Shown one piece after another: positions 46,601 through 58,600 of a DNA stretch of 64,000 bases (within the stretch, counting starts at the first letter, position 1; every line of letters starts with the position of its first letter). Under the pieces are notes generated by a model that was given only the letters and a program-made list of their open reading frames with translations, did not search any database and was not told the origin of the DNA. Both the position numbers and the translations under genes were made by a program. The stretch is from Heterodontus francisci (taxonomy: Eukaryota): NCBI RefSeq assembly GCF_036365525.1, contig NC_090389.1:78828179-78892178 (forward strand), in the 5' to 3' direction.

Positions 46601-49600
46601 CGCTCTCTGTCTCTCTCTCGTTCTCTCTCTCGTTCTCGGGTTTGTTCTCGTTCTCTCTCTCGTTCTCTCTCTCGTTCTCTCTCTCGTTCTCTCTCTCGTT
46701 CTCGCTCTCGTTCTCGCTCTCGTTCTCGCTCTCGCTCTCAGCTCTCGCTCTCGTTCTCGCTCTCGCTCTCGCTCTCGCTCTCGCTCTCGTTCTCGTTCTC
46801 GCTCTCGCTCTCGCTCTCGCTCTCGCTCTCGCTCTCGTTCTCGCTCTCGCTCTCGTTCTCGCTCTCTCTCTCGCTCTCGTTCTCTCTCGCTCTCGTTCTC
46901 TGGTTTTCTCTCATTCTCTCTCGCTTTCATTCTCTGGTTTTCTCTCGGTCCCTCTCTGTCTCGGTCCCTCTCTCTGTCTCTGTCCCTCTCTCTGTCTCTG
47001 TCCCTCTCTCTCTCTCGGTCCCTCTCTCTCTCTCGGTCCCTCTCTCTCTCTCGGTCCCTCTCTCTCTCTCGGTCCCTCTCTCTCTCGTTCTCGTGTTTGC
47101 TCTCGTTCACTCTCTCTCGTTCGCTCTGGTTTTCTCTCTGGTTTTCTCTCGTTCTCATTCTCTGGTTTGCTCTCGCTCTCTCGTTCTCTCGTTCTCTCAT
47201 TCTCTGGTTTGCTCTTGTTCTCTCACTCGCTTTCGTTCTCTGGTTCGCTTTCGTTCTCGCTCTCGCTCTCGTTCTCTCTCTCGCTCTCGCTCTCGGGTTT
47301 GCGCTCGTTCTCTCTCTCGCGCTCGTTCTCTCTCTCGCGCTCGTTCTCTCTCTCGCGCTCGTTCTCTCGCTCGCGCTCGTTCTCTCGCTCGCGCTCGTTC
47401 TCTCGCTCGCGCTCGTTCTCTCTCTCGCTCGCGCTCGTTCGCGCTCTCGCTCGCGCTCGTTCTCGCGCTCGCGCTCGTTCTCGCGCTCTCGCTCGTTCTC
47501 GCGCTCTCGCTCGTTCTCGCGCTCTCGCTCGTTCTCGCGCTCTCGCTCGTTCTCGCGCTCTCGCTCGTTCTCGCGCTCTCGTTCGCTCGCTCTCGTTCGC
47601 TCGCTCTCGTTCGCTCGCTCTCTCTCTCTCGTTCTCTTCTCTCGTTCTCTTCTCTCGTTCTCTTCTCTCGTTCTCTTCTCTCCGTTCTCTTCTCTCCGTT
47701 CTCTTCTCTCCGTTCTCTTCTCTCCATTCTCTTCTCTCCATTCTCTCCTCTCGTTCTCTGGTTTTCTCTCTCTCTCGTTCTCTCGTTCTCGTTCTCGGGT
47801 TTGCTCTCTTTCTCCTCTCGTTCTCTTCTCTCTATTCTCTTCTCTATTCTCTTCTCTCTATTCTCTCTCTCGTTCTCGGGTTTGCTGTCGTTCGCTCGCT
47901 CTCGTTCTCTCTGGTTTTCTCTCTCGTTTCCTTTCGTTCTCGTTCTCTGGTTTGAAATCGTTCTCTCTCTCGCTCTCATTCTCTGGTTTGCTCTCATTCG
48001 CTCGCTTTCGTTCTCTAGTTCGCTTTTGTTCTCTTCGCTCTCGTTCTCGTTCACGGGTTTGCTCTCGTTCGCTCACTCTCGTTCGCGCTCTCTCGTTCTC
48101 TCTGGTTTGCTCTCGTTCTCTCTCTCGTTCTCGGGTTTGCTCGCGTTCTCTCGCTCGCATTCTTTCGCTCGCTCTGCCTCGTTCTTTCGCTCGCTCGCTC
48201 TGGTTTGCTCTCGTTCTCTGGTTTGCTCTCGTTCTCTGGTTTGCTCTCGTTCTCTGGTTTGCTCTCGTTCTCTGGTTTGCTCTCTCTCTCGTTCTCTCGT
48301 TCTTTCGTTCTCTCGTTCTTTCGTTCTCTCGTTCTCTCGTTCTTTCGTTCTCTCGTTCTCTCGTTCTTTCGTTCTCTCGTTCTCTCGTTCTTTCGTTCTC
48401 TCGTTCTCTCGTTCTCTCGTTCTCTCGTTCTCTCGTTCTCTCGTTCTTTCGTTCTCTCTTGCTCTCTCGTTTTCTCTCTCGTTTTCTCTCGTTTTCGTTC
48501 TTGCATACTCGTTCTCTCGCTCGCGTTCTCTCGCTCACTCTGCCTCGTTCTTTCGCTCGCTCGCTCTCGTTTGCTCTCGTTCTCTGGTTNNNNNNNNNNN
48601 NNNNNNNNNNNNNNNNNNNNNNNNNNNNNNNNNNNNNNNNNNNNNNNNNNNNNNNNNNNNNNNNNNNNNNNNNNNNNNNNNNNNNNNNNNNNNNNNNNNN
48701 NNNNNNNNNNNNNNNNNNNNNNNNNNTTTTCTCTCGTTCTCTCTCTCTCTCTCTTCTCTGGTTTTCTCTCGTTCTCTTTCGCTCTCGGTCTCTCGTTCTC
48801 GTTCTCGGGTTCGCTCGCTCTCGTTCGCTTTCTCTCGTTTTCTCTCGTTCTCTGAATTTCTCTCGTTNNNNNNNNNNNNNNNNNNNNNNNNNNNNNNNNN
48901 NNNNNNNNNNNNNNNNNNNNNNNNNNNNNNNNNNNNNNNNNNNNNNNNNNNNNNNNNNNNNNNNNNNNNNNNNNNNNNNNNNNNNNNNNNNNNNNNNNNN
49001 NNNNNNNNNNNNNNNNNNNNNNNNNNNNTCTCTCGTTCTCATTCACTGGTTTGCTCTCGTTCTCTCTCTCGTTCTCGGGTTTGCTCTCGTTTGCTCGCTC
49101 TTGTTCTCTCTGGTTTTCTCTCGTTCTCTCGCTCTCGTTCTCTCGCTCTCGTTCTCTCTCTCTCGTTCTCTTCTCTCGTTCTCTTCTCTCGTTCTCTTCT
49201 CTCGTTCTCTTCTCTCGTTCTCTTCTCTCGTTCTCTTCTCTCGTTCTCTTCTCTCGTTCTCTTCTCTCCATTCTCTCCTCTCGTTCTCTGGTTTTCTCTC
49301 TCTCTCGTTCTCGTTCTCGGGTTTGCTCTCTTTCTCCTCTCGTTCTCTTCTCTCTATTCTCTTCTCTATTCTCTTCTCTCTATTCTCTCTCTCGTTCTCG
49401 GGTTTGCTCTCGTTCACTCGCTCTCGTTCTCTCTGGTTTTCTCTCTCGTTTCCTTTCGTTCTCGTTCTCTGGTTTGAAATCGTTCTCTCTCTCGCTCTCA
49501 TTCTCTGGTTTGCTCTCATTCGCTCGCTTTCGTTCTCTAGTTCGCTTTTGTTCTCTTCGCTCTCGTTCTCGTTCACGGGTTTGCTCTCGTTCGCTCACTC

Positions 49601-52600
49601 TCGTTCGCGCTCTCTCGTTCTCTCTGGTTTGCTCTCGTTCTCTCTCACGTTCTCGGGTTTGCTCGCGTTCTCTCGCTTGCATTCTTTCGCTCGCTCTGCC
49701 TCGTTCTTTCGCTCGCTCGCTCTGGTTTGCTCTCGTTCTCTGGTTTGCTCTCGTTCTCTGGTTTGCTCTCGTTCTCTGGTTTGCTCTCTCTCTCGTTCTT
49801 TCGTTCTCTCATTCTTTCGTTCTCCCATTCTTTCGTTCTCTCATTCTTTCGTTCTCTCATTCTTTCGTTCTCTCATTCTTTCGTTCTCTCTTGCTCTCTC
49901 GCTTTCTCTCTCGTTTTCTCTCGTTTTCGTTCTTGCATTCTCGTTCTCTCGCTCGCGTTCTCTCGCTCGCTCTGCCTCGTTCTTTCGCTCGCTCGCTCTC
50001 GTTTGCTCTCGTTCTCTGGTTNNNNNNNNNNNNNNNNNNNNNNNNNNNNNNNNNNNNNNNNNNNNNNNNNNNNNNNNNNNNNNNNNNNNNNNNNNNNNNN
50101 NNNNNNNNNNNNNNNNNNNNNNNNNNNNNNNNNNNNNNNNNNNNNNNNNNNNNNNNNNNNNNNNNNNNNNNNNNNNNNNNNNNNNNNNNNNNNNNNNNTC
50201 GTTCTCTTTCACTTTCGGTCTCTCGTTCTCGTTCTCGGGTTCGCTCGCTCTCGTTCGCTTTCTCTTGTTTTCTCTCGTTCTCTGAATTTCTCTCGTTCTC
50301 TCTCTCTCTCTCTCGTTCTCTCTCTCTCTCTCTCTCGTTCTCTCTCTCTCTCTCTCTCGTTCTCTCTCTCTCGTTCTCTCTGGTTTTCTCTCGTTCTCAT
50401 TCACTGGTTTGCTCTCGTTCTCTCTCTCGTTCTCGGGTTTGCTCTCGTTTGCTCGCTCTTGTTCTCTCTGGTTTTCTCTCGTTCTCTCGCTCTCGTTCTC
50501 TCTCGCTCTCGTTCTCTCTCTCGCTCTCGTTCTCTCTCTCTCTCTCGTTCTCTCTCTCTCTCTCGTTCTCTCTCTCTCTCTCGTTCTCTCTCTCTCTCTC
50601 GTTCTCGTTCTCTGGTTTTCTCTCTGGTTCTCTCTCGCTCTCGTTCTCTGGTTTTCTCTCGTTCTCTGGTTTTCTCTCGTTCTCTGGTTTTCTCTCGTTC
50701 TCTGGTTTTCTCTCGTTCTCTGGTTTTCTCTCGTTCTCTGGTTTTCTCTCGTTCTCTGGTTTTCTCTCTCTCGTTCTCTCTCACTCGTTCTCGGGTTTTC
50801 TCTCGTTCTCGTTCTCGGGTTTGTTCTCGTTCTCTCTCGTTCTCTCTCGTTCTCTCTCTGGTTTTCTCTTGTTCTCGTTCTCTGGTTTTCTCTCACTCTC
50901 GTTCTCTGGTTTTCTCTCACTCTCGTTCTCTGGTTTTCTCTCGTTCTCTCTCGCTTTCATTCTCTGGTTTTCTCTCGGTCCCTCTCTGTCTCGGTCCCTC
51001 TCTGTCTCGGTCCCTCTCTGTCTCGGTCCCTCTCTGTCTCGGTCCCTCTCTGTCTAGGTCCCTCTCTGTCTCGGTCCCTCTCTGTCTCGGTCCCTCTCTG
51101 TCTCGGTCCCTCTCTCTCTCGGTCCCTCTCTCTCTCGGTCCCTCTCTCTCTCGGTCCCTCTCTCTCTCGGTCCCTCGTTCTCTCTGTCCCTCGTTCTCTC
51201 TCTCTCTCTCTCGTTCTCTCCTTGTCTCGTTCTCGTGTTTGCTCTCGTTCNNNNNNNNNNNNNNNNNNNNNNNNNNNNNNNNNNNNNNNNNNNNNNNNNN
51301 NNNNNNNNNNNNNNNNNNNNNNNNNNNNNNNNNNNNNNNNNNNNNNNNNNNNNNNNNNNNNNNNNNNNNNNNNNNNNNNNNNNNNNNNNNNNNNNNNNNN
51401 NNNNNNNNNNNNNNNNNNNNNNNNNNNNNNNNNNNNNNNNNNNNNNNNNNNNNNNNNNNNNNNTTCTCTCGCTCTCTCTCTCGTTCTCTCTCTCTCTCTC
51501 TCGCGCTCTCTCTCGCTCTCTCTCGCTCGTTCTCTCCTTGTCTCGTTCTCGTGTTTGCTCTCGTTCTCATTCTCTGGTTTGCTCTCGCTCTCTCGCTCTC
51601 TCGCTCTCGTTCTTGGGTTTGCTCTCGTTCTCTCTCTCGTTCTCTCTCTCGTTCTCTCTCTCGTTCTCTCTCTCGTTCTCTCTCTCGCTCTCTCTCTCGC
51701 TCTCTCTCTCTCTCGCTCTCTCTCTCGTTCTCTCGCTCGTTCTCTCGCTCGTTCTCTCGCTCGTTCTCTCGCTCGCTCTCGTTCGCTCGCTTGCTTTCGT
51801 TCTTTCGCTCGCTTGCTTTCGTTCTTTCGCTCGCTTGCTTTCGTTCTTTCGCTCGCTCTCTCGTTCTTTCGCTCGCTCTCATTTTCTCTTGTTCTCTCTC
51901 GCTCTCGTTCTCTTCTCTCGTTCTCTTCTCTCGTTCTCTTCTCTCGTTCTCTTCTCTCTGTTCTCTTCTCTCTGTTCTCTTCTCTCTGTTCTCTTCTCTC
52001 TGTTCTCTTCTCTCTATTCTCTCCTCTCGTTCTCTGGTTTTCTCTCTCTCTCGTTCTCTCGTTCTCGTTCTCGGGTTTGCTCTCTTTCTCTTCTCCCGTT
52101 CTCTTCTCTCTATTCTCTTCTCTATTCTCTTCTCTCTATTCTCTCCTCTCGTTCTCTCTCTCGTTCTCATTCTCGGGTTTGCTCTCGTTCGCTCGCTCTC
52201 GTTCTCTCTGGTTTTCTCTCATTCTCATTCTCTGGTTTGCTCTCGTTCGCTCGCTCTCATTCTCTCTGGTTTTCTCTCATTCTCATTCTCTGGTTTGCTC
52301 TCGTTCTCTCTCGCTCTCGTTCTCTCTCTCGTTCTCTCGTTCTCTCTCTCGTTCTCGTGTTTGCTCTCGCTCGCTCTCTCTCGTTCTCTCTGGTTTTCTC
52401 TCGTTTCCTTTCGTTCTCGTTCTCTGGTTTTCTCTCGTTCTCTCTCGCTCTCATTCTCTGGTTTGCTCTCATTCGCTCGCTTTCGTTCTCTAGTTCGCTT
52501 TCGTTCTCTTCGCTCTCGTTCTCGCTCTCGTTCTCGTTCTCGGGTTTGCTCTCGTTCGCTCGCTCTCGTTCGCTCGCTCTCGTTCGCTCGCTCTCGTTCG

Positions 52601-55600
52601 CTCGCTCTCGTTCTCTCTGGTTTTCTCTCGTTCTCATTCTCTGGTTTGCACTCGTTCTCTCTCTCGTTCTCGCGTTTGCTCGTTCGCACGCTCTCGTTCT
52701 CTCTGGTTTTCTCTCGTTCTCATTCTCTGGTTTGCACTCGTTCTCTCTCGTTCTCGGGTTTGCTCTCGTTCGCTCGCTCGCTCTCGTTCGCTCGCTCTCG
52801 TTCTCTCTGGTTTTCTCTCGTTCTCATTCTCTGGTTTGCACTCGTTCTCTCTCTCGTTCGCTCGCTCGCTCTCGTTCGCTCGCTCGCTCTCGTTCGCTCG
52901 CTCTCGTTCGCTCGCTCTCGTTCGCTCGCTCTCGTTCGCTCTCGTTCGCTCTCGTCTGCTCTCGTTCGCTCTCGTCTGCTCTCGTTCGCTCTCGTCTGCT
53001 CTCGTTCGCTCGCTCTCGTTCTTTCGCTCGCTCGCTCTCGTTCTTTCGCTCGCTCTCTCTCATTCTCTCGCTCTCTCTCGTTCTCTCGTTCTCTGGTTTT
53101 CTCTCGTTCTCTGGTTTTCTCTCGCTCTCGCTCTCGCATTCTCTCGCTCTCGTTCTCTCTCTCGCTCTCGGGTTTGCTCTCGTTCTCTCGCCCGCTCTCG
53201 GGTTTGCTCTCGTTCTCTCGCCCGCTCTCATTCTCTCGCTCGCTCTCGTTCTTTTGCTCGCTCGCTCTCGTTCTTTTGCTCGCTCGCTCTCGTTCTTTTG
53301 CTCGCTCGCTCTCGTTCTTTTGCTCGCTCGCTCTCGTTCTTTTGCTCGCTTGCTCTCGTTCTTTCGCTCGCTCTCTCTCGTTCTCTTCTCTCTGTTCTCT
53401 TCTCTCGTTCTCTTCTCTCTGTTCTCTTCTCTCTGTTCTCTTCTCTCTGTTCTCTTCTCTCTGTTCTCTTCTCTCTACTCTCTCTCCTCACGTTCTCTGG
53501 TTTTCTCTCTCTCTCGTTCTCTCTCTCGTTCTCGTTCTCGGGTTTGCTCTCGTTTGCTCGCTCTCGTTCTCTCTGGTTTTCTCTCATTCTCATTCTCTGG
53601 TTTGCTCTCGTTCTCTCTGGTTTTCTCTCTCGTTTTCTTTCGTTCTCGTTCTCTGGTTTGCTCTCGTTCTCGCGTTCGCTCGCTCGCATTCTTTCGCTCG
53701 CTCTGCATCGTTCTTTCGCTCGCTCTGCATCGTTCTTTCGCTCGCTTGCTCTCGTTTGCTCTCGTTCCCTGGTTTGCTCTCTCTCGTTCTCTCTCTCTCT
53801 CGTTCTCTCTCTCTCTCGTTCTCTCTCTCTCTCGTTCTCTCTCTCTCTCGTTCTCTCTCTCGTTTTCGTTCTCGCGTTCTCGTTCTCTCGCTCGCGTTCT
53901 CTTGCTCGCGTTCTTTCGCTCGCTCTGCCTCGTTCTTTCGCTTGCTCACTCTCGTTTGCTCTCGTTCTCTGGTTCTCTCTCCCTGGTTCTCTCTCTCTCT
54001 CTCTCGTTCTCTCTCTCTCTCTCGGTCTCTGGTTTTCTCTCGTTCTCTCTCGCTCTCGGTCTCTGGTTTTCTCTCGTTCTCTCTCTCGTTCTCGGGTTCG
54101 CTCGCTCTCGTTCTCTCTGGTTTTCTCTCGTTCTCATTCTCTGGTTTGCACTCATTCTCTCTCTCGTTCTCGGGTTTGCTCTCGTTTGCTCGTTCGCTCG
54201 CTCTCGTTCTCTCTGGTTTTCTCTCGTTCTCATTCTCTGGTTTGCTCTCGCTCTCGCTCTCTCGTTCTCTCTCTTGTTCTCGGGTTTGCTCTCGTTTGCT
54301 CGTTCGCTCGCTCTCGTTCTCTCTGGTTTTCTCTCGTTCTCATTCTCTGGTTCGCTCTCGCTCTCTGGTTTTGCTCTCGGTCTCTCGCTCTCATTCTCTG
54401 GTTTTCTCTCGGTCTCTCTCGTTCTCGTTCTCTGCTTTTCTCTCGGTCTCTCTCGTTCTCGTTCTCTGCTTTTCTCTCGGTCTCTCTCGTTCTCGTTCTC
54501 TGCTTTTCTCTCGGTCTCTCTCGTTCTCTGGTTTTCTCTCGGTCACTCTCGCTCTCATTCTCTGGTTTTCTCTCTCGCTCTCGTTCTCTGGTTTTCTCTC
54601 TCGCTCTCGTTCTCTGGTTTTCTCTCTCGCTCTCGTTCTCTGGTTTTCTCTCTCGCTCTCGTTCTCTGGTTTTCTCTCTCGCTCTCGTTCTCTGGTTTTC
54701 TCTCTCGCTCTCGTTCTCTGGTTTTCTCTCTCGCTCTCGCTCGTTCTCTGGTTTTCTCTCTCGCTCTCGCTCGTTCTCTGGTTTTCTCTCTCGCTCTCTC
54801 TCGTTCTCTGGTTTTCTCTCTCGCTCTCTCTCGTTCTCTGGTTTTCTCTCTCGCTCTCTCTCGTTCTCTGGTTTTCTCTCTCGCTCTCTCTCGTTCTCTG
54901 GTTTTCTCTCTCGCTCTCTCTCGTTCTCTGGTTTTCTCTCTCGCTCTCTCTCGTTCTCTGGTTTTCTCTCTCGCTCTCTCTCGTTCTCTCGTTTTGCTCT
55001 CGGCTCTCTCGTTCTCGTTCTCTCGTTTTGCTCTCGGTCTCTCTCGTTCTCGTTCTCTGGTTTTCTCTCGGTCTCTCTCGCTCTCGTTCTCTGGTTTTCT
55101 CTCTCGCTCTCGTTCTCTGGTTTTCTCTCTCGCTCTCGTTCTCTGGTTTTCTCTCGTTCTCTCGTTTTCTCTCGTTCTCTCGTTTTGCTCTCGGTCTCTC
55201 TCGTTCTCTGGTTTTCTCTCGGTCTCTCTCGTTCTCGTTCTCTGGTTTTCTCTCGGTCTCTCTCGTTCTCGTCCTCTGGTTTTCTCTCGGTCTCTCTCGC
55301 TCTCGTTCTCTGGTTTTCTCTCGGTCACTCTCGCTTTCGTTCTCTGGTTTTCTCTCGTTCTCTCTCACTCGTTCTCTGGTTTTCTCTCTCGCTCTCATTC
55401 TCTGGTTTTCTCTCATTCGCTCGCTTTCGTTCTCTAGTTCGCTTTCGTTCTCTTCGCTCTCGTTCTCGGGTTTGCTCTCTTTCTCTTCTCCCGTTCTCTT
55501 CTCTCTATTCTCTTCTCTCTATTCTCTCCTCTCGTTCTCTCTCTCGTTCTCATTCTCGGGTTTGCTCTCGTTCGCTCGCTCTCGTTCTCTCTGGTTTTCT

Positions 55601-58600
55601 CTCATTCTCATTCTCTGGTTTGCTCTCGTTCGCTCGCTCTCATTCTCTCTGGTTTTCTCTCATTCTCATTCTCTGGTTTGCTCTCGTTCTCTCTCGCTCT
55701 CGTTCTCTCTCTCGTTCTCTCGTTCTCTCTCTCGTTCTCGTGTTTGCTCTCGCTCGCTCTCTCTCGTTCTCTCTGGTTTTCTCTCGTTTCCTTTCGTTCT
55801 CGTTCTCTGGTTTGAAATCGTTCTCTCTCGCTCTCATTCTCTGGTTTGCTCTCATTCGCTCGCTTTCGTTCTCTAGTTCGCTTTCGTTCTCTTCGCTCTC
55901 GTTCTCGTTCTCGGGTTTGCTCTCGTTCGCTCGCTCTCGTTCGCTCGCTCTCGTTCGCTCGCTCTCGTTCGCTCGCTCTCCTTCTCTCTGGTTTTCTCTC
56001 GTTCTCATTCTCTGGTTTGCACTCGTTCTCTCTCTCGTTCTCGCGTATGCTCGTTCGCACGCTCTCGTTCTCTCTGGTTTTCTCTCGTTCTCATTCTCTG
56101 GTTTGCACTCGTTCTCTCTCGTTCTCGGGTTTGCTCTCGTTCGCTCGCTCGCTCTCGTTCGCTCGCTCTCGTTCTCTCTGGTTTTCTCTCGTTCTCATTC
56201 TCTGGTTTGCACTCGTTCTCTCTCTCGTTCGCTCGCTCGCTCTCGTTCGCTCGCTCGCTCTCGTTCGCTCGCTCTCGTTCGCTCTCGTCTGCTCTCGTTC
56301 GCTCTCGTCTGCTCTCGTTCGCTCGCTCTCGTTCTTTCGCTCGCTCGCTCTCGTTCTTTCGCTCGCTCGCTCTCGTTCTTTCGCTCGCTCGCTCTCGTTC
56401 TTTCGCTCGCTCGCTCTCGTCTGCTCTCGTTCGCTCTCGTCTGCTCTCGTTCGCTCTCTCTCATTCTCTCGCTCTCTCTCGTTCTCTCGTTCTCTCTCTC
56501 TCTCGTTCTCTGGTTTTCTCTCGTTCTCTGGTTTTCTCTCGCTCTCGCTCTCGCATTCTCTCGCTCTCGTTCTCTCTCTCGCTCTCGGGTTTGCTCTCGT
56601 TCTCTCGCCCGCTCTCGGGTTTGCTCTCGTTCTCTCGCCCGCTCTCGTTCTCTCGCCCGCTCTCATTCTCTCGCTCGCTCTCGTTCTTTTGCTCGCTCGC
56701 TCTCGTTCTTTTGCTCGCTCGCTCTCATTCTTTCGCTCGCTCGCTCTCGTTCTTTCGCTCGTTCTCTTCTCTCGTTCTCTTCTCTCGTTCTCTTCTCTCG
56801 TTCTCTTCTCTCGTTCTCTTCTCTCTGTTCTCTTCTCTCTGTTCTCTTCTCTCTGTTCTCTTCTCTCTACTCTCTTCTCTCTACTCTCTTCTCTCTACTC
56901 TCTTCTCTCTACTCTCTCTCCTCACGTTCTCTGGTTTTCTCTCTCTCTCGTTCTCTCTCTCGTTCTCGTTCTCTGGTTTGCTCTCGTTCTCGCGTTCGCT
57001 CGCTCGCATTCTTTCGCTCGCTCTGCATCGTTCTTTCGCTCGCTCTGCATCGTTCTTTCGCTCGCTTGCTCTNNNNNNNNNNNNNNNNNNNNNNNNNNNN
57101 NNNNNNNNNNNNNNNNNNNNNNNNNNNNNNNNNNNNNNNNNNNNNNNNNNNNNNNNNNNNNNNNNNNNNNNNNNNNNNNNNNNNNNNNNNNNNNNNNNNN
57201 NNNNNGTTTTCGTTCTCGCGTTCTCGTTCTCTCGCTCGCGTTCTCTTGCTCGCGTTCTCTCGCTCGCTCTGCCTCGTTCTTTCGCTCGCTCTGCCTCGTT
57301 CTTTCGCTTGCTCGCTCGTTTGCTCTCGTTCTCTGGTTCTCTCTCCCTGGTTCTCTCTCTCTCTCTCTCGTTCTCTCTCTCTCTCTCGGTCTCTGGTTTT
57401 CTCTCGTTCTCTCTCGCTCTCGGTCTCTGGTTTTCTCTCGTTCTCTCTCTCGTTCTCGGGTTCGCTCGCTCTCGTTCTCTCTGGTTTTCTCTCGTTCTCA
57501 TTCTCTGGTTTGCTCTCGCTCTCGCTCTCTCGTTCTCTCTCTTGTTCTCGGGTTTGCTCTCGTTTGCTCGTTCGCTCGCTCTCGTTCTCTCTGGTTTTCT
57601 CTCGTTCTCATTCTCTGGTTCGCTCTCGCTCTCTGGTTTTGCTCTCGGTCTCTCGCTCTCATTCTCTGGTTTTCTCTCGGTCTCTCTCGTTCTCGTTCTC
57701 TGCTTTTCTCTCGGTCTCTCTCGTTCTCGTTCTCTGCTTTTCTCTCGGTCTCTCTCGTTCTCGTTCTCTGCTTTTCTCTCGGTCTCTCTCGTTCTCTGGT
57801 TTTCTCTCGGTCACTCTCGCTCTCATTCTCTGGTTTTCTCTCTCGCTCTCGTTCTCTGGTTTTCTCTCTCGCTCTCGTTCTCTGGTTTTCTCTCTCGCTC
57901 TCGTTCTCTGGTTTTCTCTCTCGCTCTCGTTCTCTGGTTTTCTCTCTCGCTCTCGTTCTCTGGTTTTCTCTCTCGCTCTCGTTCTCTGGTTTTCTCTCTC
58001 GCTCTCGTTCTCTGGTTTTCTCTCTCGCTCTCTCTCGTTCTCTGGTTTTCTCTCTCGCTCTCTCTCGTTCTCTGGTTTTCTCTCTCGCTCTCTCTCGTTC
58101 TCTGGTTTTCTCTCTCGCTCTCTCTCGTTCTCTGGTTTTCTCTCTCGCTCTCTCTCGTTCTCTGGTTTTCTCTCTCGCTCTCTCTCGTTCTCTCGTTTTC
58201 TCTCTCGCTCTCTCTCGTTCTCTCGTTTTGCTCTCGGCTCTCTCGTTCTCGTTCTCTCGTTTTGCTCTCGGCTCTCTCGTTCTCGTTCTCTCGTTTTGCT
58301 CTCGGTCTCTCTCGTTCTCGTTCTCTGGTTTTCTCTCGGTCTCTCTCGCTCTCGTTCTCTGGTTTTCTCTCGGTCTCTCTCGCTCTCGTTCTCTGGTTTT
58401 CTCTCGGTCTCTCTCGCTCTCGTTCTCTGGTTTTCTCTCGGTCTCTCTCGCTCTCGTTCTCTGGTTTTCTCTCGGTCTCTCTCACTCGTTCTCTGGTTTT
58501 CTCTCTCGCTCTCGTTCTCTGGTTTTCTCTCTCGCTCTCGTTCTCTGGTTTTCTCTCTCGCTCTCGTTCTCTGGTTTTCTCTCTCGCTCTCGTTCTCTGG

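Noticed and set aside
28860-50285. 7141-aa and other giant S/L/R/A-rich + strand ORFs
   Set aside because: All stop codons need A, which this strand nearly lacks; several frames are open at once, starts are non-ATG, and the ORFs run through N gaps.
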